A stretch of 39,089 bases of DNA from Pyrinomonadaceae bacterium (GTDB lineage: Bacteria > Acidobacteriota > Blastocatellia > Pyrinomonadales > Pyrinomonadaceae): NCBI GenBank assembly GCA_035263325.1, contig DATFRK010000966.1, positions 1-39,089 on the forward strand, in the 5' to 3' direction. The notes beneath the pieces are model-generated. The model saw nothing but the letters and a program-made list of their open reading frames with translations. It was not told where the DNA came from and did no database searches. The translations under genes were made by a program, and so were the position numbers. Shown here one piece after another: positions 16,405 to 24,644 of this stretch (positions are counted from its first letter, which is position 1; each line of letters opens with the position of its first letter).

Positions 16405-18222
16405 ATGAAGATCAAAAAAGCCCCTGCCGCAATCCTGGTGGTCTTATGCCTCTCGTGGGTCTGCATTTTCGCGCAAACAAATCACAATCCTCAGCCCAAC
16501 ATCCTGCTCTCTACCATGCCCGCAGGGAAGGACCCGCAAAGATACAAAGGGTATATCGAACCGCGCTTTAAGGGGCTGACGGATCATTCCTACTATGTGC
16601 CGATGCGTGATGGCGTGAAGATCGCGGTCCAGGTTGTGCTACCCAGGGATCTTCCAGCGGGCGAAAAGATACCTGCGATTTTGAACATGACGCGCTACTG
16701 GCGGGCCCACCAGGGTGACGATCCGAATCCCTTCTTTCCCTCACATGGTTATGCCTGCGTGTTTGTTGACGCGCGCGGCACTGGAGCTTCCTTCGGGGTG
16801 TGGAAGGCGCCTTTCTCTCAGGATGAGATTAAGGATTACAACGAAGTGGTCAACTGGGTCGTCGCGCAGCCATGGTGCAATGGTAAGGTCGGCGCGCTGG
16901 GAAACTCTTACGAAGGCAACACGGCACTTTGGTTGGCGGCGACGATGAATCCAGCAGTCAAGGCTGTTATCCCTAGGCACTACGAATTCGATCTCTTTGA
17001 CGAAACACCCTACCCTGGCGGGCTGCTCACGGACTGGATGATCAAAGCCTGGAACGAAGGGAATCGCCAACTGGACACTAATCCTGGCGTGAAGCTGGTA
17101 GATGAGGACACCGAGCAAAAGCTTTACCGCCAGGCAACAGCGCACCGCGCGGAGAACCTTGATGTCTACGGGGCCGCCCTGAAATCATCATTCCGAGACG
17201 ACAGCTACTTTGGTTTCAGCCTGGACCAGTTGAGCCTGCACAGCTATTCGGCTGAAATCGAGAAATCAGGGGCAGCGATCAACAACTGGGGTGGGTGGTT
17301 CGATGCCGCTACTCCTGATGCCATGATCAAGACCTTTCTGACTTTGAAAAACTACCAGCGAGCGGTGGTTGGGCCATGGAATCATGGTGGCGGACAAAAT
17401 GCGAGTCCGTATCAAACCCCTGCCTCGCAACGAGTGATGCAGGGTTATGAATGGCTTCGTTTCTTTGATCACTATCTCAAAGGAATTGATACCGGCCTGG
17501 ATGCTGAGAAGCTCTTCTACTATTTCACCATCGGTGAGGAGAAATGGAAGGTCACCAACACCTGGCCGGTCGCCGGAACGGAGATGCAACGCTGGTACTG
17601 CAATGAAAATAACTCTCTGACCTCAACGCCACCCTCGTCGAGTTCAGGTGAAGACCAATACAAAGTCGACTTCGAGGCTACCACTGGAGACAAGAATCGC
17701 TGGCATACCCAGGTAGGCGGACAAGTCGTTTATCCGGACCGGGCCGCCGAAGACAAGAAACTTCTTACCTACACGACCGGTCCACTCGACGCCGACGTGG
17801 AGATCACGGGTTATCCGATAGTCGATCTTTTCGTGACCTCCAGCCACGCGGACGGCGCTTTCTTTGTTTACCTGGAGGAGATTGATGAAGGTGGGAAGGT
17901 CACATATCTCACCGAAGGTGAACTACGAGCATTGCAACGAAAGATTTCCAGCGACGAGTCGCCGGTGAAGATCCTGGTCCCGTACCACTCGTTCAAGAAG
18001 AAAGATGCAATGCCGCTGGTGCCCGGACAGGTTGCCGAACTCAAGTTCGGGCTACAGCCGATTTCGGTTTTAGTTAAGAAAGGTCATCGACTGCGAGTGG
18101 CGATTGCCGGTCATGACAAGGGAACATTTATTCGCCTTCCCGCGGAAGGAACGCCGACAATTGCAGTGCAGTGGAATAAGCAGACTGTTTCTTCGATCGA
18201 GCTTCCAGTAGTAAAGCGGTGA
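16405..18222 (+). CDS. Secreted CocE/NonD family hydrolase (S15 X-Pro dipeptidyl-peptidase-like alpha/beta hydrolase)
   Basis: 605 aa. Signal peptide MKIKKAPAAILVVLCLSWVCIFAQ. Contains YVPMRDGVKIAVQVVLP, VDARGTGASFG and the nucleophile elbow GNSYEG. The C-terminal beta-sandwich region is typical of the family. GGAG lies 8 nt upstream of the ATG. Confidence 0.75.
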   Translation: MKIKKAPAAILVVLCLSWVCIFAQTNHNPQPNILLSTMPAGKDPQRYKGYIEPRFKGLTDHSYYVPMRDGVKIAVQVVLPRDLPAGEKIPAILNMTRYWRAHQGDDPNPFFPSHGYACVFVDARGTGASFGVWKAPFSQDEIKDYNEVVNWVVAQPWCNGKVGALGNSYEGNTALWLAATMNPAVKAVIPRHYEFDLFDETPYPGGLLTDWMIKAWNEGNRQLDTNPGVKLVDEDTEQKLYRQATAHRAENLDVYGAALKSSFRDDSYFGFSLDQLSLHSYSAEIEKSGAAINNWGGWFDAATPDAMIKTFLTLKNYQRAVVGPWNHGGGQNASPYQTPASQRVMQGYEWLRFFDHYLKGIDTGLDAEKLFYYFTIGEEKWKVTNTWPVAGTEMQRWYCNENNSLTSTPPSSSSGEDQYKVDFEATTGDKNRWHTQVGGQVVYPDRAAEDKKLLTYTTGPLDADVEITGYPIVDLFVTSSHADGAFFVYLEEIDEGGKVTYLTEGELRALQRKISSDESPVKILVPYHSFKKKDAMPLVPGQVAELKFGLQPISVLVKKGHRLRVAIAGHDKGTFIRLPAEGTPTIAVQWNKQTVSSIELPVVKR

Positions 18223-18312
18223 GCGAAGCCGTGTGCATTCGTGCAGGAACTGTGAAAGTGAACCGCCGTTTCAAACTAATGAATATTAGCGGATGGCCCC
18301 TCGTTCTTGTTC

Positions 18313-18409
18313 AACTCTCCGCGCTGTCTCCGCGAGTCTGGGGTGGCGTTGAAGCGAAAAATGGACTCTACCGCAGAGGCGCGAGGACGCAGAGGTTGCG
18401 CGGAGAGTT
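18313..18409. repeat. Long imperfect hairpin in convergent intergenic region, related to the GxxExxY cassette arms
   Basis: Perfect 12-bp outer stem aactctccgcgc (18313..18324) / gcgcggagagtt (18398..18409), with further imperfect pairing inside. The right half ctaccgcagaggcgcgaggacgcagaggttgcgcggagag follows the same accRcRgagRcRcRaRgaRcRcRgagg pattern as 4594..4633. Confidence 0.5.
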
Positions 18410-18460
18410 TCTAAGTAAGTCGCCGAGACGTTGAGTTGGGCGCTAGGTGTCGACCTTAAG

Positions 18461-19264
18461 TTAAGATTGTTTGATGTTCGGTCGATAGGAGGTCCAGAAA
18501 CTGAGCCAGGGCGGCGCGATTGATACAAAATGATCCCAGGTTCCGGGTTCAGCTTTGGGATCAGGGTAGAAGTCTGAGTAGTCTGATATGTGTAGGACCA
18601 CAAATCCCAGCTCCACGAGACTGCTGAACAAGGTGCTCAGTGTGTGGCGGTATTCGCGCGGGGGCGGAATCTTGGCGTCTATTTTGCTGCGATCATAAAC
18701 CCAGTCTTGATCTTCGTAGGTCACCTCCGCTCCATCAACATACGCGTGTTTGAGCGAGTAACCCTCACCATTCCACGCTCTTTCAGTCAGTCCAACGACG
18801 AACGGATTGGCACACTTGAAATGGTAAAGACCGCCGCTGCGTGTAACTCGGGCAACCTGGCGAAATACGGCGCGGGCGTCTGGCACGAAGCCTAAAGAAT
18901 ACGCGTGATAGACGATGTCAAAGGATGATTCCTCAAAGCTGGAAAGATCGCGCATATCACCCTGTCGGGTTTGAATTTCAACGCCATAGTGTGCAGCGGC
19001 TTCTTGATCTCGCTGCAGCTGATCTGGAGACAGATCAAACACTGTCACGTTTGCGCCCTGCAGAGCAAAAGCGGCCGACTGCTGCCCGCCGCCGCAGGCC
19101 AGACACAGGACGTCTTTACCCGCAACGTCTCCCAGTCTTGACTCGGGATCGAGTTTCTCGCGCGCCGAAGCAGGGTCGAGACTCAAAGCAGGGCGAGTGA
19201 ATAAGGCATTGGAATCAACCAGCGCTTTCCACCGCTTCAGGTTGTATCTTGTGCTTTCGTCCAC
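18461..19264 (-). CDS. Class I SAM-dependent methyltransferase
   Basis: 267 aa. Motif I VLCLACGGGQQS is followed by an acidic residue after beta-2 (VTVFDLS) and SFDIVYHAYSL (motif III-like). Confidence 0.7.
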   Translation of the reverse strand: MDESTRYNLKRWKALVDSNALFTRPALSLDPASAREKLDPESRLGDVAGKDVLCLACGGGQQSAAFALQGANVTVFDLSPDQLQRDQEAAAHYGVEIQTRQGDMRDLSSFEESSFDIVYHAYSLGFVPDARAVFRQVARVTRSGGLYHFKCANPFVVGLTERAWNGEGYSLKHAYVDGAEVTYEDQDWVYDRSKIDAKIPPPREYRHTLSTLFSSLVELGFVVLHISDYSDFYPDPKAEPGTWDHFVSIAPPWLSFWTSYRPNIKQS

Positions 19265-19363
19265 TTTAATAGTTTACCGCGAGGCAGCCCAATACCTTGA
19301 CGGTGAAAACTCAGCGAGTTGATTTCAGCTAATTGTTTTCGCCGTCTGTTAAAAGGGTATTTG

Positions 19364-22219
19364 TCACAGCGACCGCTCGCGCAACTTCTTTAAGAGCGCC
19401 TTTGCTTCGTCAGGAGAGAGTTTGTCGGGATCAGTCGAGCGCAGTTCCGACACGACGCGCTCGTTTGCGAGATCAAAGAGTGACGACTGCGCCGCAGCTC
19501 TCTTCCGGCCGGCACGCCGAGCAGCTACAGCCAGCACATCATCGTTTGCTGGAGAAGTTGTGGATTCCGGTGTCGACTCGCTGATGCCGGCAGCGAGTGC
19601 AGCGGCTTTGGGTTCAGTGGTCCCAAGCGCCTCATCCTCTTCGGCAAACACGTCCAGCTCATAACGTTCCAATCGCGCCAGGACTTCACGGGCGTTCGCC
19701 AGAACGGGCGGAGGCAGTCCGGCAAGACGCGCCACTTCAATACCGTAAGACTTCGAGGCGCGGCCGCGTTCGAGTCGATGAAGGAAAACAACCTCGCCTT
19801 CTCTCTCAGTGGCAGTTATCTGATAGTTCTGTGCCCCAGGTAGTCGCTCAGCCAACTCAGTTAGTTCATGATAGTGCGTGGCGAACAAAGTCTTTGCCGC
19901 GTGATCGGCTGAGTCGTGAAGATATTCCGCAACGGCCCAGGCGATCGATAGACCATCGAAGGTCGCGGTACCGCGACCAATTTCATCAAGCAAGACCAAT
20001 GATCGAGGTGTGGCGCTGTGCAGAATCGCCGCAGTCTCAGTCATCTCCACCATAAAAGTGGAGCGGCCCCGCGCGAGATCGTCTGAGGCTCCCACTCTTG
20101 TCCAAACGCGATCCAATAGTGGTAACCGGGCTCGTTCTGCCGGCACAAAACAACCCATTTGCGCGAGGATGCAGATGATCGCAGTTTGCCGCAGCACTGT
20201 ACTCTTACCGCCCATGTTTGGTCCGGTAATTATCAAGAGGCGATCAGTTGAGTTGTTCAGGTAGACGCTGTTGGGAACAAAACGCTGCTCACTAAAGGCT
20301 TCAATTACCGGATGGCGGCCCTGAACGATCTCGAGTTCGTCACTGTCGTGCATCAACGGACGGGCGTAACGTTGGCGGGCAGAAGTTTCCGCCGCAGATG
20401 ACAATGCATCCAGGGCCGCTAAAGCCCGAGCCGTGGTTTGGATTCGTTTTGTTTCCGCCGCCACTTGCCGGCAAACTGCAGTAAATAGCTCCGTCTCGAG
20501 TTGAATGATCCGCTCTTCCGCACCTAGAACCTTCTTCTCCCAGTCACGTAGTTCGGCTGTGGTAAAGCGTTCGGCATTGGCGAGCGTTTGACGGCGTTCA
20601 TACTCAGCCGGTACGCGAGCTGAGTTTGCTTTCGACACCTCGATGTAATAACCAAATACGCCGTTGAAACGAATCCGAAGATTGCTAATGCCACTGCGAG
20701 TGCGCTCAGTCGCTTCAAGCGTGGCAATGATCTGTTTAGCGTTTCGACTAACCGACCGCAGTTCATCCAATTCGACGGAATAGCCTTCCCGGATCACGTC
20801 GCCATCACTCAACTTAAGTGGCGGATCGTCACTGATAGCCCTGGCGACGAGAGCTCGTATGTCCGGCAACTCGTCAGTGTTTTCGACGAGTACTTGCAGC
20901 AGCGTCGACGGTAGTGGGGCCAGTAACTCACGAATTGCAGGCACCTGATCGAGTGAACGCGAGAGCGCCACGAGGTCGCGTGGTGTAGCCGAGCCGAGAC
21001 TTATGCGACCGGCAAGCCGTTCCAGGTCTGAAACCCCCTTAAGTAATGTGCGGAGCTTATCGCGGGTGAGTTGAGTAGCGACCAGATCACCTACAGCAGC
21101 AAGGCGGGCTTCAACTTCGCCTCGCCTAATGCAAGGTCGCAGGAGCCAGGCCCGCAACAGTCGACCTCCCATGCCGGTCACTGTTTGATCGATCACTTGC
21201 AGTAAGGAGCGACCAGAACCGCCAGCCAGCGATTCAACCAGTTCCAGATTTCTGACCGTGACACTGTCGAGTATCAGATGGTCCTGCGGTTCGAAGTAGA
21301 CCAGATCGGTCACATGGGCAGCGGCTGCGCGTTGAGTTTCCTGGGCATATTTCAAGCATGCGCCGGCTGCTCGTATCGCTTCATCCTTGCGCACGAGGCC
21401 ATAACCTTCAAGTGAGCGAACCTTGAATTGTTCCAAAAGGAGACCCTGGCAGTCCTCTTTCTGCCATTTCCAATCTTCCAGAGGAGTCAAGGTGGCCCCC
21501 AGGCCAAGGTCATTTGAGGAACCCGGAGGTAATTGCGACTCTATAACTGGCAGCGCAGGCGGTTCGCCTGCGGTTGGTGCTTGATTTTGGTCGAGAGAAG
21601 CAGGCGGCCCGCCTGCGCTCCCAAAAAGTGCTGTTTGAATCTTTCCTGAGAGTCCAGTTTTTACTAACGGAGCGAGTGAAACAGGGAACAGCAACTCCTT
21701 CGGCGCATACGACTCAAGGTCGGCGCGAATTCGAGCCCACGCATCACGTCCCGTTTCCTGGGTTGCGCGAAACTCGCCCGTGGAGATGTCGAGAAAAGCA
21801 GCGCCGATTGTTTCACCGGAACTGCAGACGGCAGCCAGGTACACTGACTCGCGTGACTCGAGCAGTTGGGGATCGATAGGAGTCCCCGGCGTCACAATGC
21901 GTACCACTTCGCGCCGTACAAGTTTCTTGGTTTTTCCTGCTTCTTCGGTCTGCTCACAAATGGCCACCCGGTAACCCTTGCGTACTAGGCGCGCGATGTA
22001 GTTCGCGGCCGAGTGGTGCGGCACACCGCACATTGGCACTGGATCGCGCTCTTTGTGACGGGCAGTCAGCGTGATTTGCAGCTCGCGCGAGCCAATGACC
22101 GCGTCGTCGAAGAACAGTTCGTAAAAGTCGCCGAGACGAAAGAAAAGTAGAGTTCCGGGATGTTGCTGCTTGAGCTCCTGGTACTGGCGCAGCATTGGAG
22201 TTGGATTTGAAAGGTTCAT
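19364..22219 (-). CDS. mutS: DNA mismatch repair protein MutS
   Basis: N-terminus TPMLRQYQELKQQHPGTLLFFRLGDFYELFFDDA. Walker A TGPNMGGKST. Also STFMVEMTETA and DEIGRGTATFDGLSIA. The ORF track starts at 22267. I prefer ATG 22219 (MNLSNPTPMLRQY) by comparison with the canonical MutS N-terminus. Confidence 0.95.
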   Translation of the reverse strand: MNLSNPTPMLRQYQELKQQHPGTLLFFRLGDFYELFFDDAVIGSRELQITLTARHKERDPVPMCGVPHHSAANYIARLVRKGYRVAICEQTEEAGKTKKLVRREVVRIVTPGTPIDPQLLESRESVYLAAVCSSGETIGAAFLDISTGEFRATQETGRDAWARIRADLESYAPKELLFPVSLAPLVKTGLSGKIQTALFGSAGGPPASLDQNQAPTAGEPPALPVIESQLPPGSSNDLGLGATLTPLEDWKWQKEDCQGLLLEQFKVRSLEGYGLVRKDEAIRAAGACLKYAQETQRAAAAHVTDLVYFEPQDHLILDSVTVRNLELVESLAGGSGRSLLQVIDQTVTGMGGRLLRAWLLRPCIRRGEVEARLAAVGDLVATQLTRDKLRTLLKGVSDLERLAGRISLGSATPRDLVALSRSLDQVPAIRELLAPLPSTLLQVLVENTDELPDIRALVARAISDDPPLKLSDGDVIREGYSVELDELRSVSRNAKQIIATLEATERTRSGISNLRIRFNGVFGYYIEVSKANSARVPAEYERRQTLANAERFTTAELRDWEKKVLGAEERIIQLETELFTAVCRQVAAETKRIQTTARALAALDALSSAAETSARQRYARPLMHDSDELEIVQGRHPVIEAFSEQRFVPNSVYLNNSTDRLLIITGPNMGGKSTVLRQTAIICILAQMGCFVPAERARLPLLDRVWTRVGASDDLARGRSTFMVEMTETAAILHSATPRSLVLLDEIGRGTATFDGLSIAWAVAEYLHDSADHAAKTLFATHYHELTELAERLPGAQNYQITATEREGEVVFLHRLERGRASKSYGIEVARLAGLPPPVLANAREVLARLERYELDVFAEEDEALGTTEPKAAALAAGISESTPESTTSPANDDVLAVAARRAGRKRAAAQSSLFDLANERVVSELRSTDPDKLSPDEAKALLKKLRERSL

Positions 22220-22269
22220 CGTGAGTAATTGGCGGTGAATAATAAACGGTCGGAGTGGCGTCGCCAAGT

Positions 22270-22407
22270 GGCCTTTGGCTTTTGGCCTCCGGTCTTTGGC
22301 CTCCGAGATCTCAAATATCCGATCTCAGATCTCAACGCTGGTGCAAGTCAAAGGGCAAAAAAGCAAAAGACTCAAGGCCAAAGACCGAAGGCCAAAAGCC
22401 AAAAGCC
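22270..22407. repeat. Long inverted repeat (33-bp arms) in the mutS/gmhA divergent intergenic region
   Basis: 22270..22302 is ggcctttggcttttggcctccggtctttggcct. The reverse complement of 22375..22407 is ggcttttggcttttggccttcggtctttggcct. The arms are near-identical. The 72-nt loop contains gagatctca / gatctca / gatctcaa repeats. Confidence 0.65.
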
Positions 22408-22550
22408 AGCCGCATTTACCAATCGAGGAGAACTTATGGTAATTTCCACACCTAACTTCGCCAGCAAGAGCGCTGGAACTTTGACGCCAACTATGATCCG
22501 CGGCGCTTTTCTGGTTTGGAGCAGCTACCTACAACTGGGAAAGCTGGGCG

Positions 22551-23198
22551 GTGCCGAAATCAAAGAGCTGGGAAACACAACTGCCGCCGAGATCAAAGAA
22601 CTTGGACAAGAAGAAAACAGAAACGGCGACAGCCACTCTACTCCTGAGCAACTCACTCCAGGAGCATCTGACGACGCTCGAATCCCTCTTAGAAAATTCA
22701 CTCGCAGAAATCTCGCAAGCTGGGGAGATGATTTGCGCGGCACTCTTGGCTGGGAAGAAGATTCTTCTCTGCGGTAACGGCGGTAGCGCCGCTGACGCGC
22801 AACACATCGCCGCGGAACTGGTAGGTACCTACGAAAAGCAGCGTCGCTCCTGGCCAGCCATTGCGCTTACCACTGACACTTCAGCCTTAACCGCCCTGAG
22901 CAACGACTTCGGCTACGAGCATGTATTTGCCCGTCAAGTGGCTGGTCTCGCTCAAGCAGGCGACGTACTCATTGCTATTAGCACCAGTGGCAAATCTCCC
23001 AACGTGCTCAGAGCGGCAGAAAAAGCACGCGAGATCGGCTGCCAAACGATTGCCCTTACAGGGGGAAATGCCGAGCCTCTAGCCTCACTTTGCGACCTGG
23101 CGATTGTCGTCCCCACCATGAGAACCTCGCGCGTCCAGGAAGCCCACATCACGATTGGCCACCTCTGGTGTGAGATGGTCGATTTGGTCCAGTCCTGA
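22551..23198 (+). CDS. gmhA: Phosphoheptose isomerase (SIS domain)
   Basis: Motifs CGNGGSAADAQHIAAELVG, FARQV, GDVLIAISTSGKSPNVL and IALTGGN are typical of GmhA. The GTG start at 22551 gives a ~30-aa N-terminal extension encoded by a direct-repeat region, so the true start may be further downstream. Confidence 0.8.
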   Translation: MPKSKSWETQLPPRSKNLDKKKTETATATLLLSNSLQEHLTTLESLLENSLAEISQAGEMICAALLAGKKILLCGNGGSAADAQHIAAELVGTYEKQRRSWPAIALTTDTSALTALSNDFGYEHVFARQVAGLAQAGDVLIAISTSGKSPNVLRAAEKAREIGCQTIALTGGNAEPLASLCDLAIVVPTMRTSRVQEAHITIGHLWCEMVDLVQS

Positions 23199-23486
23199 TC
23201 AACAAGGACCAACTCTCAAGTGAAATCTTAACTTGACAGGGCCAAACTAATGCATTTAGGCTGTGGTTAGCACTTCTGCGGGTCGGCGGTGCGGACGCCC
23301 AGAGCTTCAATCAGGATCCCCGCCCAAAGGCATTACCGACCCAGGTTCCCAAAGTCAGTTCCAACTAAGTTCAGTTACGAGGGTTTGTTTGTGCGGATTC
23401 AAATCTAGTGGTCCAACAGTCCCCCTTTGTCTGCCATGGACCAACAAAGTAGCTGGCCTACCCGCCGCCTTATCTCTTAACGACAA

Positions 23487-24137
23487 TTGATGCTTCCTGA
23501 AGAAAAACACCCGATTACAGCCCCAATAGGTTCAAAAACCTATCCTTTAGGCGAGAAGAGCGAACACGCCGAGCACAGCCGAAGCCTGGCTCTCGTCGCA
23601 CTCAGTCATACACCAGTCGAACAGCGAATTTACCTGGCCATGCTCGCAGCCTTAAGTGAAAACGGCAAACTCGAAGTCTTTACTGCTCGCCGCGTAATGG
23701 TGCTGAGCGGCATTCGCAGTTTGAGTACAGTCCGGCGTGGACTCGATGGTCTGATGGTTAAGTTGAGTATTGAACGACGCGCTAGAAAGAATGGCGACGG
23801 TGGTCCACGTGCGCAGGCCAGTTCCTATCGGGTGTTTCAGCCCGAAGAGGTAATCGCGCGTCGCAGGCATTTAGGCGCAGTGGTTGTTGGTCTACCGGAA
23901 AATGGACCAAGCCGGCCACACCTGTTTGACCGGGCCATCAAGCGCGTGGCCGAGAACACAAGATTAAGTCGTCGTGAGGCCCAGGTGGCTTTGTGCTGTG
24001 TCGAAGGGCTGACCAATGCCGAGATCGGCAAACGACTTGAGGTGAGTGAACAGACCGTGAAGTTTCACCTCCGTCATGTCTTCATCAAGTTTTCGGTGAA
24101 GCGACGGGCGGAGTTGATCTCGCGACTCCTGGCCTGA
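23487..24137 (+). CDS. LuxR/GerE-family transcriptional regulator without receiver domain
   Basis: 216 aa. The C-terminal HTH is LSRREAQVALCCVEGLTNAEIGKRLEVSEQTVKFHLRHVFIKFSVKRRAEL. The N-terminal half has a second wHTH-like stretch (FTARRVMVLSGIRSLSTVRRGLDGLM). It lies upstream of the polysaccharide operon on the same strand. Confidence 0.7.
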   Translation: MMLPEEKHPITAPIGSKTYPLGEKSEHAEHSRSLALVALSHTPVEQRIYLAMLAALSENGKLEVFTARRVMVLSGIRSLSTVRRGLDGLMVKLSIERRARKNGDGGPRAQASSYRVFQPEEVIARRRHLGAVVVGLPENGPSRPHLFDRAIKRVAENTRLSRREAQVALCCVEGLTNAEIGKRLEVSEQTVKFHLRHVFIKFSVKRRAELISRLLA

Positions 24138-24315
24138 GCCAGTCGGCGCTCAGATGTCCGCTCAAGAAGTTGAGAGGGCAATGAAGTGAAAGCCCGACTT
24201 TGAAAACTTGATGCCGCCTCGCAACAGAGGCTTCCCCCACGGGTTCAATGTGTGACTGCTTCCAAATGAGCGTTCAGGAAGGACACGCAAAGCTAGAGGT
24301 GTCTGCTAACAAAGA

Positions 24316-24630
24316 GTGAAGGATATGATCACAGTAAACGCCAACAAAACTTCGACTGATAAAAGCGCCAAGAAGAAAAAGCGAAAGAAGAAGACAGCGC
24401 TGGTCATTTGTCGCGACCGGAAGCAGTTCTGGACCACCCAAACTCAGTTTTGGCAGTGGGTGAGGGAAGGCATCGTAGTCAAGACTGGAGAACAACCCTT
24501 AACCGGCATCTTCTCCCGAGAACATCAGGAATTGTTAGTGGTACTAAGCAACACCGTTTTAAATCTTGCCCACCCGAACCACATGCGTGAAGCGCTGTTG
24601 TCGCGCCGTTCAGGCGTTTCGGGAAGATAA
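24316..24630 (+). CDS. Hypothetical small basic protein (lysine-rich N-terminus)
   Basis: 104-aa ORF (GTG 24316, or ATG 24325) ending 14 nt before the wza start on the same strand. Contains the KSAKKKKRKKK tract followed by FWTTQTQFWQWVREGIV. No family recognised. Coding status is uncertain. Confidence 0.35.
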   Translation: MKDMITVNANKTSTDKSAKKKKRKKKTALVICRDRKQFWTTQTQFWQWVREGIVVKTGEQPLTGIFSREHQELLVVLSNTVLNLAHPNHMREALLSRRSGVSGR

Positions 24631-24644
24631 GGACAGAGTTAGCA

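Noticed and set aside
22779-22786. GGCGGTAG, identical to the ops/JUMPStart core found in polysaccharide operon leaders of proteobacteria
   Set aside because: It lies inside gmhA and simply encodes the conserved GNGGS loop (ggt aac ggc ggt agc). It is not in a leader region.
23395-23405. ggattcaaatc, resembling a tRNA/tmRNA T-loop
   Set aside because: The flanking bases cannot form a T-stem (gcgga versus ctagt), and no acceptor or anticodon arms can be drawn. No tRNA is supported anywhere in the window.
23263-23490. 75-aa ORF in the gmhA/LuxR intergenic region, and a TTGACA at about 23233
   Set aside because: The ORF has no RBS, no motif and an odd composition. The TTGACA has no acceptable -10 at 16-18 nt. 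I could not support a gene or promoter call.
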